Origin: a virus
Virus record (IMG/VR): IMGVR_UViG_3300037420_001954
Location: 9,836-73,835 of that record
Direction: 5' to 3' (one strand)
Length of the DNA stretch: 64,000 nt
Below, piece by piece: positions 54,653 through 63,548 of the stretch (the first letter of the stretch is position 1; every line of letters begins with the position of its first letter). The translations under genes and the position numbers were made by a program. The notes under the pieces were generated by a model, which ran no database searches, was not told the origin of the DNA, and saw only the letters and a list, made by a program, of their open reading frames with translations.

Positions 54653-56577
54653 TGGCCACGCCGTCCTTTCTCAGGGGCGGCAAGGTCACCAAGTCCGACG
54701 ACCTCGATCGCATCCTCGCGCTTCCGAAAAGGGACGTGTCCGTGGAGGCGACCGAAGCCCTCGCGGCTGAGATGACCGAGCTGCTACGTACGCCGCCAGG
54801 CACCTGTCGCGGTTGCAAGGCGTGCAAGGGCACGGGCGAGATGCACCTGCGTCCGCTTCAAGCCCTCGCGCTGCTCGAGGCTGGCGACCTCGGCGGTGGG
54901 TTCTTCCCGCTCAGAGTCGGATACGGCAAGTCGATCATCGCGCTCATCTCCTCTTACGTGCTCGACGCCAAACGCCCGTTGCTGCTCAACCCTGCTGGCC
55001 TCATCACGAAGACCGAAAAGGAACGCAGCGAGACGTATGGGCCGCACTTCATCGTTCCGAAACACGTGCGCGTGTTCTCGTACGAGAAACTAGGCAGAGC
55101 TGACTACGCGAACGAGCTCGAAGACTACCCGCCCGACCTTATAGTCGCCGACGAGGCGCACAAGCTCAAAAACCCCGACGCGGCCGTGACGAAGCGTCTG
55201 CTTCGGTACATGGAGAACCACCCCGAGACCATGTTCATCGCCCTTAGCGGCACGATCATGGACCACTCGCTCCTCGAGTTCGCGCACATTCTCCGGTGGT
55301 GTCTCAAGGGCCGCGCGCCGGTGCCGCTCAGCGACCACGAGTTGGCAGAGTGGGCCAGCGCCCTCGACGTGAAGGCGCCGCGCGGTAACGAGTACGCGCG
55401 CTACGACGTGGGCGCGCTTACGCGCTTGGCCGACGGCGTGCCCGGTATCGCCGCGAACGACGACACGACCCGAGCGCGCCTCGGGTTTCGCCATCGACTC
55501 ATCTCTACGCCAGGCATCGTGGCCACGGCCGCGGACAAGGACGACGTGAAAGCGTCGATTCGAATCCGAGGCATCGTTTACGCGCCGACGTCCGAGTCGA
55601 AGGACCCGGGCCAGGAGGACTTCCAGCGCCTTCGAGGCGAGATGAAGCTCACCGACGACTGGGAGCTCACGACGCCGATGGAGGTGTGGGCACACGCTAG
55701 GCAGGTGGCCCTCGACTTGACCTATATCTGGTCGCCGCGCCCGCCGGACGCGTGGATCGATACTCGTAAGGCGTGGACCAAGTTCATTCGCGACGCGCTC
55801 AAGGAATCGACACGTAACGGAGGCGAGCTCGACTCACCGCTGCAAGTTCGACAAGCGGTCGAGTCGGGCCACTTGCCCGGCGGCCAGAAACTACTCGAGG
55901 CGTGGCTCGCTGAACGTGACCGGCTCATGCCCGATACCGGCAAGCCGTTTACTCCCAACGTGGTCCCGGTGTGGCACGGGGACCTAGCGCTCAAGGCGTG
56001 CGCCAAGTGGGCACGTACGTCGGGCCCGGGGATTATCTGGACCGAGCACACGCTTTTCGCGCGGCGACTGGCCGAGAAGACCGGTCTCAAATACTACGGC
56101 CAAGGCGGATACTCCGACGACGGCGAGTTCATCGACGACGCCGACCCCAAGAGGTCCGTCATCGCATCCGCCGACGCGAACAAAGAAGGGCGCAACCTTC
56201 AGCACAACTGGTCGAAGAACTTGATCACGTGCCTCGAAGAGCGCCCCGGCAAGTTCGAGCAGATGATCGGCCGCACGCATCGCAGCGGCCAGCAAGCCGA
56301 CGAGGTCACGGTCGACGTGCTCATCGGGTGCATGGAGCACTTGAACGCATGGCGACGCTTGGTCCCAGCCGCGCAAGCGGTCAAGGACACGACGGGTGCC
56401 GAGCAGAAGGTGTTGCTCGCGTATCCCGACGCCGAGTGGCCGAGTGAATCAGAGATAGCGACGTGGACGGGGGCCCGCTGGGTGCCACCGGACGACGATA
56501 ACGAGCCGTTCGACGTGCTCGCCGCGCATGAAGAGGACCTAGCTAAGGCCGAAGGCCAGTGGATGGAGGCAGCGTGA
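54652..56577 (+). CDS. Superfamily 2 (SNF2-like) helicase
   Basis: LRPLQ, VGYGKS, VADEAH, ALSGT, QMIGRTHRSGQ. Confidence 0.92.
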   Translation: MATPSFLRGGKVTKSDDLDRILALPKRDVSVEATEALAAEMTELLRTPPGTCRGCKACKGTGEMHLRPLQALALLEAGDLGGGFFPLRVGYGKSIIALISSYVLDAKRPLLLNPAGLITKTEKERSETYGPHFIVPKHVRVFSYEKLGRADYANELEDYPPDLIVADEAHKLKNPDAAVTKRLLRYMENHPETMFIALSGTIMDHSLLEFAHILRWCLKGRAPVPLSDHELAEWASALDVKAPRGNEYARYDVGALTRLADGVPGIAANDDTTRARLGFRHRLISTPGIVATAADKDDVKASIRIRGIVYAPTSESKDPGQEDFQRLRGEMKLTDDWELTTPMEVWAHARQVALDLTYIWSPRPPDAWIDTRKAWTKFIRDALKESTRNGGELDSPLQVRQAVESGHLPGGQKLLEAWLAERDRLMPDTGKPFTPNVVPVWHGDLALKACAKWARTSGPGIIWTEHTLFARRLAEKTGLKYYGQGGYSDDGEFIDDADPKRSVIASADANKEGRNLQHNWSKNLITCLEERPGKFEQMIGRTHRSGQQADEVTVDVLIGCMEHLNAWRRLVPAAQAVKDTTGAEQKVLLAYPDAEWPSESEIATWTGARWVPPDDDNEPFDVLAAHEEDLAKAEGQWMEAA

Positions 56578-56858
56578 ACAACGACCAAGCGTACGAGCGT
56601 GAGATGGAAGAGCAGATTCAGGAGAACCTCAAGAAGTGGGCAGAACAACTCCGGCTCAGTGAAGAGACGATGGCCAAACAAGCCAAGCGCGACGAGACGC
56701 AAGAACGCATCGCCGACGCGCTCGAGGAGATCGCCGCGGTGCTGCACGACATCGCGTGCACGTACGAGGGGCGCGGCACGTGGGATAGCCCGCTCTTCGC
56801 TGAGATCAAAGAGATCAATGGGCTCGTCGGTGTGACCAAACACGAGGAGCGGTCGTGA
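56574..56858 (+). CDS. Hypothetical coiled-coil protein
   Basis: GTGA coupling; 94 aa. Confidence 0.6.
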   Translation: MNNDQAYEREMEEQIQENLKKWAEQLRLSEETMAKQAKRDETQERIADALEEIAAVLHDIACTYEGRGTWDSPLFAEIKEINGLVGVTKHEERS

Positions 56859-57112
56859 TGGGCGTCCCGACGCCGGCAGAGATCCAGCGCTTCGTCGACG
56901 AAGCGGCCAATGATGGTCGGGACGAAGCCGACGACGCCGTAGCCAAGGCCGCGCAGGACTCCGCGATCAAGTGCAAGGCCGCGCACGACGCGATCATGGA
57001 TCGAGTGGCCGCGCTCGCACCGAACGCCGCGAGTGGGTTCGAGTTGAAGGCGGTGGCAGAGGCGTTCGAGCACGCGCTCACGGTTTTCAAGCCGAAGGTC
57101 GTGTGGGAGTGA
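56858..57112 (+). CDS. Hypothetical protein
   Basis: 84 aa, Ala-rich. Confidence 0.6.
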   Translation: MGVPTPAEIQRFVDEAANDGRDEADDAVAKAAQDSAIKCKAAHDAIMDRVAALAPNAASGFELKAVAEAFEHALTVFKPKVVWE

Positions 57113-57501
57113 ACGCCGAGCATCCGATCGGCACGAGTAGCAGCCTGAGAATCTACGGCGAAGGCGACCGGTCCTTCTTCGCTGACGACGTCTCGGTCGG
57201 ATACGTACACAAGGGGGATGTCCGAATTGCCGGGCAGGTCGCAGGGGACGTTGTCAGGATTGCGCGGGCAATCGCGAACGCACGCTCGGACGGGTGGCGA
57301 GCGCATGCAGCTCGCCCAAGCGAAGCGGCGTGCGTTCACCCAATCCTGAACGATGCAGATGCAACGTGCGGCGCGCTTCTCGCTGCCGTTACCGCGCGCA
57401 AAGTCGAGTGCGAGCGGGAGCGCAATCACGATGGCCATCACGAGTCGGGCGGATATCGCTGGCCGCAGAGCGCGCTCTCAAAGCAAGAGCAGCGCGCCAC
57501 C

Positions 57502-57999
57502 ATGACCGAGCCGGACACGAACGATGCACCGTCCGACGAGAAACAACCAGCGATCATCCGGCACGACGGCGAGCGGATCCATTTCCTCAAGACGTGGCCT
57601 TTCCCGTTCGAGGACATGAAGGCGGGCAGGAAGCCGTTCGAATACCGGCGTTGGGACCGAGACTTTCGCGTCAACGACATCCTTGTCCTCGAAAAGTGGA
57701 GTGCGGATGGTGAGAAACGGCTCGATGGAACCGAGCACCGGCGCGTGACCTATCTCCTCCCCGGTGGCTCGTTCGGCGTCCCGAACGGCTATTGCGTGAT
57801 GGGCCTCGTCCGAGTCGACGATCCGCGGGTGGACAATCCCAACGTCGAAGACGACGAATACGTGGAGCGGTGCCTGGCGGCCTGGCTGGGACGCCGATAC
57901 CAGGGACCGAACGAGCTTCGTCTGCTTCTGCGCCAGGTCCACGACGATGGGAAGTTTAGCGCCGCGCGCACGGACTATCCAAAGGCCGGTGGCAAGTGA
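57502..57999 (+). CDS. DUF3850/ASCH-like domain protein
   Basis: IHFLKTWPFPFEDMKAGRKPFEYRRWDRDFRVNDILVLEKW. The frame is also open upstream, so the start is uncertain. Confidence 0.75.
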   Translation: MTEPDTNDAPSDEKQPAIIRHDGERIHFLKTWPFPFEDMKAGRKPFEYRRWDRDFRVNDILVLEKWSADGEKRLDGTEHRRVTYLLPGGSFGVPNGYCVMGLVRVDDPRVDNPNVEDDEYVERCLAAWLGRRYQGPNELRLLLRQVHDDGKFSAARTDYPKAGGK

Positions 58000-58373
58000 G
58001 CGACTACACACCGAGAGGGGACGGAAAGGCGGGCGGTTGGGTCCGCGTTGGCCGCTACGATCCGCCCGCTCGCCGTCGCGCACTCTGGGCTCGCATGACC
58101 GAGCACGAGGGGCCGTGCGGCGATTGGGAGCGGCCTGGCATCGAGGCCGTCGAGCTTTGCGCTGGACGTGAAGGGGATGACGCCTTTGTTCGCGTGACAC
58201 CAGAGAATCCGATATTCGAAGACCTGCTCGATTGCATCAACCGCGCGATTGGTGCAGCGGTCCTGGCCGACGAGCACGAAGAGGGCGAGGATCGAGACCG
58301 TTACTGCGACGCGTGCAATGACAACAAGGTGAATGGCGCGTGCACTGCAAGAGTATTGCCCACTAACACTTGA
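57996..58373 (+). CDS. Hypothetical protein
   Basis: GTGA coupling; 125 aa. Confidence 0.55.
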   Translation: MSDYTPRGDGKAGGWVRVGRYDPPARRRALWARMTEHEGPCGDWERPGIEAVELCAGREGDDAFVRVTPENPIFEDLLDCINRAIGAAVLADEHEEGEDRDRYCDACNDNKVNGACTARVLPTNT

Positions 58374-58431
58374 CTTATCGCACTAGAAACGAAAACCAAG
58401 TACGAAAGTACGGATATACGGAGATAGATAG

Positions 58432-58989
58432 TTGAATATTCGAGATCAGTTCAAAGGAATGAAGACGGTGAAGCTCAATGGCAAGGGCGTCTACTTGCCG
58501 GGGAACTTCAAGGGCCGCGTGAAGTTCAAGCCGGTGCAGTACAAGGAAGAGGGCTTCAAGGGCCGCTCGGTCATCTGGGAGTTCGAGCTCCTCGAGTCGA
58601 ACCTCGGTGCCGAGCACCCCGTTGGCTGCACGCGTTCGCAGGTCGTGAACCTCGACAAGTCGCCGTACGCGCACGCGGACAACACGCAGATCACGATGGC
58701 TCTGATGGGCATCGATCCGAAGACTGCGCCGTCGTCCGTGGCCAACCCTGCGCTCTATGAAGAGGTGACCGACACGTTCTGTGAGATGCTCGAGGCCGCT
58801 CGAAACTCGGCCGCGGGCGTGGAGTCGCTCACCGACGGGCTAGAGGCCATCCTCGAGACGCAGACGTACTTCACCAAGCCGACGCCGCAGGCACCGAATG
58901 GCGAGGCACGCGCACGTTACGTGTGGCACCCCACGCCCGAGGCCAAGGCCGAGCGCGACGCCGAAGTGGCGGGCAAGCAGGCCGCGTGA
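58432..58989 (+). CDS. Putative ssDNA-binding/replication accessory protein
   Basis: 185 aa, beta-rich N-terminal half, directly upstream of polA; function is a positional inference. Confidence 0.5.
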   Translation: MNIRDQFKGMKTVKLNGKGVYLPGNFKGRVKFKPVQYKEEGFKGRSVIWEFELLESNLGAEHPVGCTRSQVVNLDKSPYAHADNTQITMALMGIDPKTAPSSVANPALYEEVTDTFCEMLEAARNSAAGVESLTDGLEAILETQTYFTKPTPQAPNGEARARYVWHPTPEAKAERDAEVAGKQAA

Positions 58990-59000
58990 CCTAGGGCCGA

Positions 59001-59031
59001 ACCCCACCCGGCCGCTAACGCCGGGTGGGGT
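59001..59031 (+). terminator. Strong hairpin after the putative SSB gene
   Basis: ACCCCACCCGGC-cgctaac-GCCGGGTGGGGT, 12-bp stem, no U tract. Confidence 0.55.
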
Positions 59032-59805
59032 CGGGCGGCCTTGCAAAGTGCATCCAATTCCGTGTTGCATTTCTGCAAGTTGCGAAAAGCCTCTGGCGCC
59101 TGCTCACGCGTTCAGTCATCGTGACCGCCCCACATGACGCTGAGCCCTAGACAGCATGACGCACCGCGATACGAACTACTTGGAGGTCAAAGTATCACGA
59201 CCGTCACAAGTACAGGAGACCGCTGTATTTTTTGTCGTGGCTCCTCCGTTTCCTGTTGCGGTGCCTGGGGCGCTGTGAGACATAGGGACATCGTTCCACA
59301 CTCGCCGGCAAGCACCGCGGCACAGGATCGAGTCTCCGGATATCCCCGGTGTACAAAAGCGGAAGAGGACCCCGTTAGCAGCGAGGCCCTCTTCCTAGGA
59401 CATGAACCCCTTCTTCCCAGAGGTCCAAGCCATGATTGTCACACTAGACGAATACCGCCCGTGGGCGAGTGCCAGTCGAGATACGACTGGTACTTACACT
59501 GTCCAGGTCTTGGCGAAGATTTCGTAAAAGGGAATAAAATCCGGCGTGTAGACCGCACGTCGGTCAGGGAGGTCGTCTCGTGAATCGAGCCTGACCTACA
59601 CGTATCACTCAGCTCATGCGAACGCAACTGTGCGTGTTCATTGAGCGACGTGACGTGTCTCTGACCGACGTGCGGCACGGACGCGCCGTTTAGCCCGATT
59701 TACCCGACCGCCCTCGATGGCTGGTTGGGTGAAGGCGGGCCGGGAGGCGCGCGCGTGGATACGTCTAATTCGTGTAAATCGCATCAACCCCAATCGCACG
59801 AGGCC

Positions 59806-62160
59806 GTGCCCGTTACGGGTTGGGACACCGAGACCGATCGCTTCCGGCCCGGGCGCATGGCGCCGCCGTTGGTCGTCGTCACGTGGCATCACTCGACCGA
59901 AGCTAAGCCCGACATCGTCCATCACTCGGACCCGGCGTGCTTCCGCATGCTGCGCGAGTGGCACGAGGACGCGGCGGCAGGTAAGCGCACCCTGGTCGGG
60001 CAAAACATCGCGTTCGACGCGTGCGTGATCATCGAGCGCTACCCCGACCTGCGTGAGTGCGTCTTCGCGGCCTACGACGCGAACGGCGTCACCGACACGA
60101 TGATCCGGCAGTGGCTCATCGACAACGCGCAAGGCGGCTACCGCGGCTACATGGACGAGCGCGGTAAGTATCACCCGCGCAACTACGCGCTCGAGGACCT
60201 GTGCAAGCGACACCTCAACGTGCGTTTGCAGAAGGACGCATGGCGCACGAGCTACGGCCTCTTCCACGACTACGCGCTCGAGAAGTGGCCCGAACGCGCG
60301 GTAGAGGTCCAGCAGATGGCCGCCGTCGAGCGCGCCACCCTCGCCGAGAAGTACACGGCGCATATCTCCGTCCGTCCGGTAAAGAACCAAGACAAAGAGA
60401 CGATCAAGCGCTTGAAGGAGCGACTCGAGGCGCTCGACGAGATGCTGGCCGGTGTGCCCGAGCGCGCGACGCAGTATCCGCTCGACGACGCCACCGGCAC
60501 GCTGCGCGTGTTCGAGGCCCAGCAACCGTTCGACGTGTTGCTCAAGAATCAGTTCGCTCAGGCCCAGGCGTACTTCGCACTCAACCTCGGCTCGGTCTGG
60601 GGGCTGCGCACCGACGGCCCTGGCGTCGCGTTGCTCGAGTCGGCGATCCGCGACGACATCGAGGACATCCGCGAAGGCCTCGTCGAAGTCGGCCTCGTGC
60701 GCGAGAACGGCGTCAAGGACAAGAAGGCCGCCATCGAGCGCATGATCAAGACGTGCCGCGAGAACGGCTTGCAAGTCATCCGCACGGACGCGCACTTCGG
60801 TACCGACAAGAAGCCCCCCTGCCCGTCGCAGTGCTCGTGCGGGAAACCCGGATTCGGCAACGGCAAGTGCCGCGACATGGGCCGCAAGGCCGGGCACAAG
60901 GACATCTACGAGGACTACAACCACCCGCAGTTTTGCCGCGAGCACGTCGGCCTCGACAAGGACGCGTGTGAAGCGGTCGCCGAGTTCGATGACGTCTGGG
61001 AGGACTACTCGAACTACGTCACGTGGGGGAAAGTGCTCTCGAACGACGTGCAGATGTTGAAGGGGGCGACCGAGTACCCGGTCCACACGCGCTACGGCTT
61101 TGCCCAGACCGGCCGTACAACGAGCTCGCGTCCGCCGATACAGAACCAATCGAACCGAGAGGGCATTCGCGAGGCGTTCGTGGCTCGGCCCGGGTACGCG
61201 TTCATTCAGTGCGACTACCCGCAACTCGAGCTCTATACGCTCGCACAGTGTTGTGTGTCTTGGTTCGGGTACTCCAAGCTCGCCGAAGTTCTGCTCGCTG
61301 ACCAGGACCCGCACCTCATGGTGGCGGCGAAGATCCTGCGCATCGATTACTCGGTCGCGCACCAGGCGCTGTACGACTCAAGCCACCCGCTTCACGGCCA
61401 GGTGAAGAAGATTCGTAAGCAGGCGAAGCCGTTCAACTTCGGCAAGCCCGGCGGCATGGGCGTGAAGACACTGCTCAAGACCACGCGCAAGCAGATGGGC
61501 CGGAAGGCCTTCGCCAAGCTCGAACTAACCGAGGCCAAGGCCGTGACGCTGTCTCAGGACTGGGAGAGCACGTGGCCCGAGATGCGTCCATATTTCCGAC
61601 GCATCGAGGAGATGATCAACGACTCGCCGACGGGCCGCGTCACGGTAGAGACCCTCTTCACTGGCCGTATTCGTGGCAACTCGACGTACTGCGCCGCGCT
61701 CAACAACGGCTTCCAAGCTTTGGGGTCGGACTGCGCCAAATCCGGTGTCTGGGAGATCGCCAAGGCCTGCTACGTGCCGCGAAAAGACGGCACGTACTCG
61801 CCGCTCTACAACACGCGCGTCCCGATTTTCGTACACGACGAGAACATTGGCGAGTCGCCGTATGAGCCCGATGAGTTCGGTATCGACGAGCGCACGCACG
61901 CCGCCGCTTACGAGATCGGCTACCTGATGGTCGATGGCGCGAACAAGCACCTGCCCGATGTGCCGATCGCGCGCTCTCGCATGAAGCCGCAGATCATGCT
62001 GCGTTGGTACAAAGCAACCGAGCCGGTGTTCGCGACGCGCCCGAGTGAAGGCCCCAGCGCTAAGAAGTGGCTGGTCCCGTCGAAGGTCGTGAAGCAGCCC
62101 GACGGCGAGTACAAGTCGTCCTACGACGATAGCCGCGTGGTCTTGGCGGCCGCCGCGTAA
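59806..62160 (+). CDS. polA: Family A DNA polymerase with 3'-5' exonuclease
   Basis: WDTET, GQNIAFD, YPLDDA; GRTTSSRPPIQN, CDYPQLE, AKPFNFG, VHDE; start re-called at GTG 59806. Confidence 0.95.
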   Translation: MPVTGWDTETDRFRPGRMAPPLVVVTWHHSTEAKPDIVHHSDPACFRMLREWHEDAAAGKRTLVGQNIAFDACVIIERYPDLRECVFAAYDANGVTDTMIRQWLIDNAQGGYRGYMDERGKYHPRNYALEDLCKRHLNVRLQKDAWRTSYGLFHDYALEKWPERAVEVQQMAAVERATLAEKYTAHISVRPVKNQDKETIKRLKERLEALDEMLAGVPERATQYPLDDATGTLRVFEAQQPFDVLLKNQFAQAQAYFALNLGSVWGLRTDGPGVALLESAIRDDIEDIREGLVEVGLVRENGVKDKKAAIERMIKTCRENGLQVIRTDAHFGTDKKPPCPSQCSCGKPGFGNGKCRDMGRKAGHKDIYEDYNHPQFCREHVGLDKDACEAVAEFDDVWEDYSNYVTWGKVLSNDVQMLKGATEYPVHTRYGFAQTGRTTSSRPPIQNQSNREGIREAFVARPGYAFIQCDYPQLELYTLAQCCVSWFGYSKLAEVLLADQDPHLMVAAKILRIDYSVAHQALYDSSHPLHGQVKKIRKQAKPFNFGKPGGMGVKTLLKTTRKQMGRKAFAKLELTEAKAVTLSQDWESTWPEMRPYFRRIEEMINDSPTGRVTVETLFTGRIRGNSTYCAALNNGFQALGSDCAKSGVWEIAKACYVPRKDGTYSPLYNTRVPIFVHDENIGESPYEPDEFGIDERTHAAAYEIGYLMVDGANKHLPDVPIARSRMKPQIMLRWYKATEPVFATRPSEGPSAKKWLVPSKVVKQPDGEYKSSYDDSRVVLAAAA

Positions 62161-62311
62161 TCGTCCGAGCGCGCGATCAGAAACTCATCGCGCGGAGCAT
62201 CCCCCTAGCGGTCGAGCGCGACGTTCGATGACGCGGCGCATGAGCGATACGTGTACTTTGCATGTGTACAGAGACGCGAAACGAACAAAAAAGAATCTGT
62301 AATTAGGGCAA

Positions 62312-62344
62312 GCAGCGCCTGATCACGCGGCGGATATACGAACC
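62312..62344 (+). promoter_or_regulatory. GCA-N16-CGGATATAC motif upstream of sigma gene
   Basis: caaGCA-gcgcctgatcacgcgg-CGGATATAC-gaacc-ATG; same spacing as the two copies at 45973-46047. Confidence 0.7.
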
Positions 62345-63043
62345 ATGACGGCAAATGCGGAAACGATCAAAACGAGGAAGTCGGGTAAGGCGGACGTGTT
62401 GCCTCTTACTCGCGACGAACAAGCCAAGGTGAACGCCGCGTGCCTAAAGTACGCGCCCCTCGTGAAGTCGATTGCGACCGAGTACGTGCGGCCTGGGTCG
62501 AGCCTCGATCTCGAGGACCTGATGCAGCTCGGCTACGAGGCGCTGATCAAGGCCGTTCGAGATTGGCGAGAAGACGGCGGCGCCACGTTCGCCACTATCG
62601 CGAACGGCGATATCCGCAACGCGCTTTGCACCGCGGTCGGTGTGAAAAGGGAAAAGCGAGAGAGAGCGCACTTCGTCGCGCTTATGAATGCGGTCGACAT
62701 CGACGAGCGTCTCTCTAAAAAAGTCTTCAAGCGGGACTTCCTCCGCTCCGCTGAATCACTCGATGAGCCCTATGACGATGGTGAGACCTTGCGCGATCTC
62801 ATCGGCACACCTGCGACGCAGGAAGAAGACCTCGCAAACAAGGAATTGCACGAGAAGGTCATCCGCAAGCTGAGCGAGGATGACTTGAGACTGATCCGTC
62901 TCCACGACTCCGGCGCCACGGACGCGGACATGGCGGAGGCCTGCGGCATCGGTCGCTCGACAATGCAGGCGCGCAGAAGTCGAGCGACCAAACGCGCGTA
63001 CGATGTAGTTCAACAAATCGAGCCCCTGGCGCTGGTCGCGTGA
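62345..63043 (+). CDS. Phage sigma-70 family sigma factor
   Basis: Region 2: LVKSIATEY...DLEDLMQLGYEALIKAVRDW....ATFAT; region 4 HTH: TDADMAEACGIGRSTMQARRSRA. Confidence 0.88.
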   Translation: MTANAETIKTRKSGKADVLPLTRDEQAKVNAACLKYAPLVKSIATEYVRPGSSLDLEDLMQLGYEALIKAVRDWREDGGATFATIANGDIRNALCTAVGVKREKRERAHFVALMNAVDIDERLSKKVFKRDFLRSAESLDEPYDDGETLRDLIGTPATQEEDLANKELHEKVIRKLSEDDLRLIRLHDSGATDADMAEACGIGRSTMQARRSRATKRAYDVVQQIEPLALVA

Positions 63044-63378
63044 TCCTCAAGACGCCGACCGCCATCTACGGCGCCAACGACCACGACACGGCCCTGCTCG
63101 AATACGTGCTCACGTCGCTAGCTTGGCTGACGGGGCACGGGCGAGTCGACGTCTCTATCGATAACGAGTCGCACTTCTCCAAGGTCGCCGTCCCCACGCA
63201 CCAGGCCGTGTTCATCAACGGCCGACAGGTACTCGCGAAGTCAATCGCGTGGCACCCCGTCGATGAGGATTACCCGACCGACCCAGGCGACGGCCCACAC
63301 GACGATGGGCCCAAGCCCACGAACCCGCCGGCCGGCGCCGGCGCCATCGACCCCTACTACGAAGCGAAGGCCGCGTGA
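63040..63378 (+). CDS. Hypothetical protein
   Basis: 112 aa, coupled. Confidence 0.6.
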   Translation: MILKTPTAIYGANDHDTALLEYVLTSLAWLTGHGRVDVSIDNESHFSKVAVPTHQAVFINGRQVLAKSIAWHPVDEDYPTDPGDGPHDDGPKPTNPPAGAGAIDPYYEAKAA

Positions 63379-63548
63379 TGTACCCCGTAAACGAACTGCG
63401 TGAATTGCGGCGCCACGCCGACGAAGTGCCGGACACCGAGCTGGTGTTCACGGACCCGACCGAGGGCGCGGACATTACCGACTACGAGCTAGGTCGCGTG
63501 ACCGAAGGCCCGGTGAGCGTGCTCGGCACGAGTTTGGAGACCCGATGA
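63378..63548 (+). CDS. Hypothetical protein
   Basis: 56 aa, coupled at both ends. Confidence 0.5.
   Translation: MYPVNELRELRRHADEVPDTELVFTDPTEGADITDYELGRVTEGPVSVLGTSLETR

Noticed and set aside
59134-59583. 149-aa ORF upstream of polA (possible homing endonuclease or intron ORF)
   Set aside because: No HNH, GIY-YIG or LAGLIDADG motif, the composition is atypical, and polA is uninterrupted.
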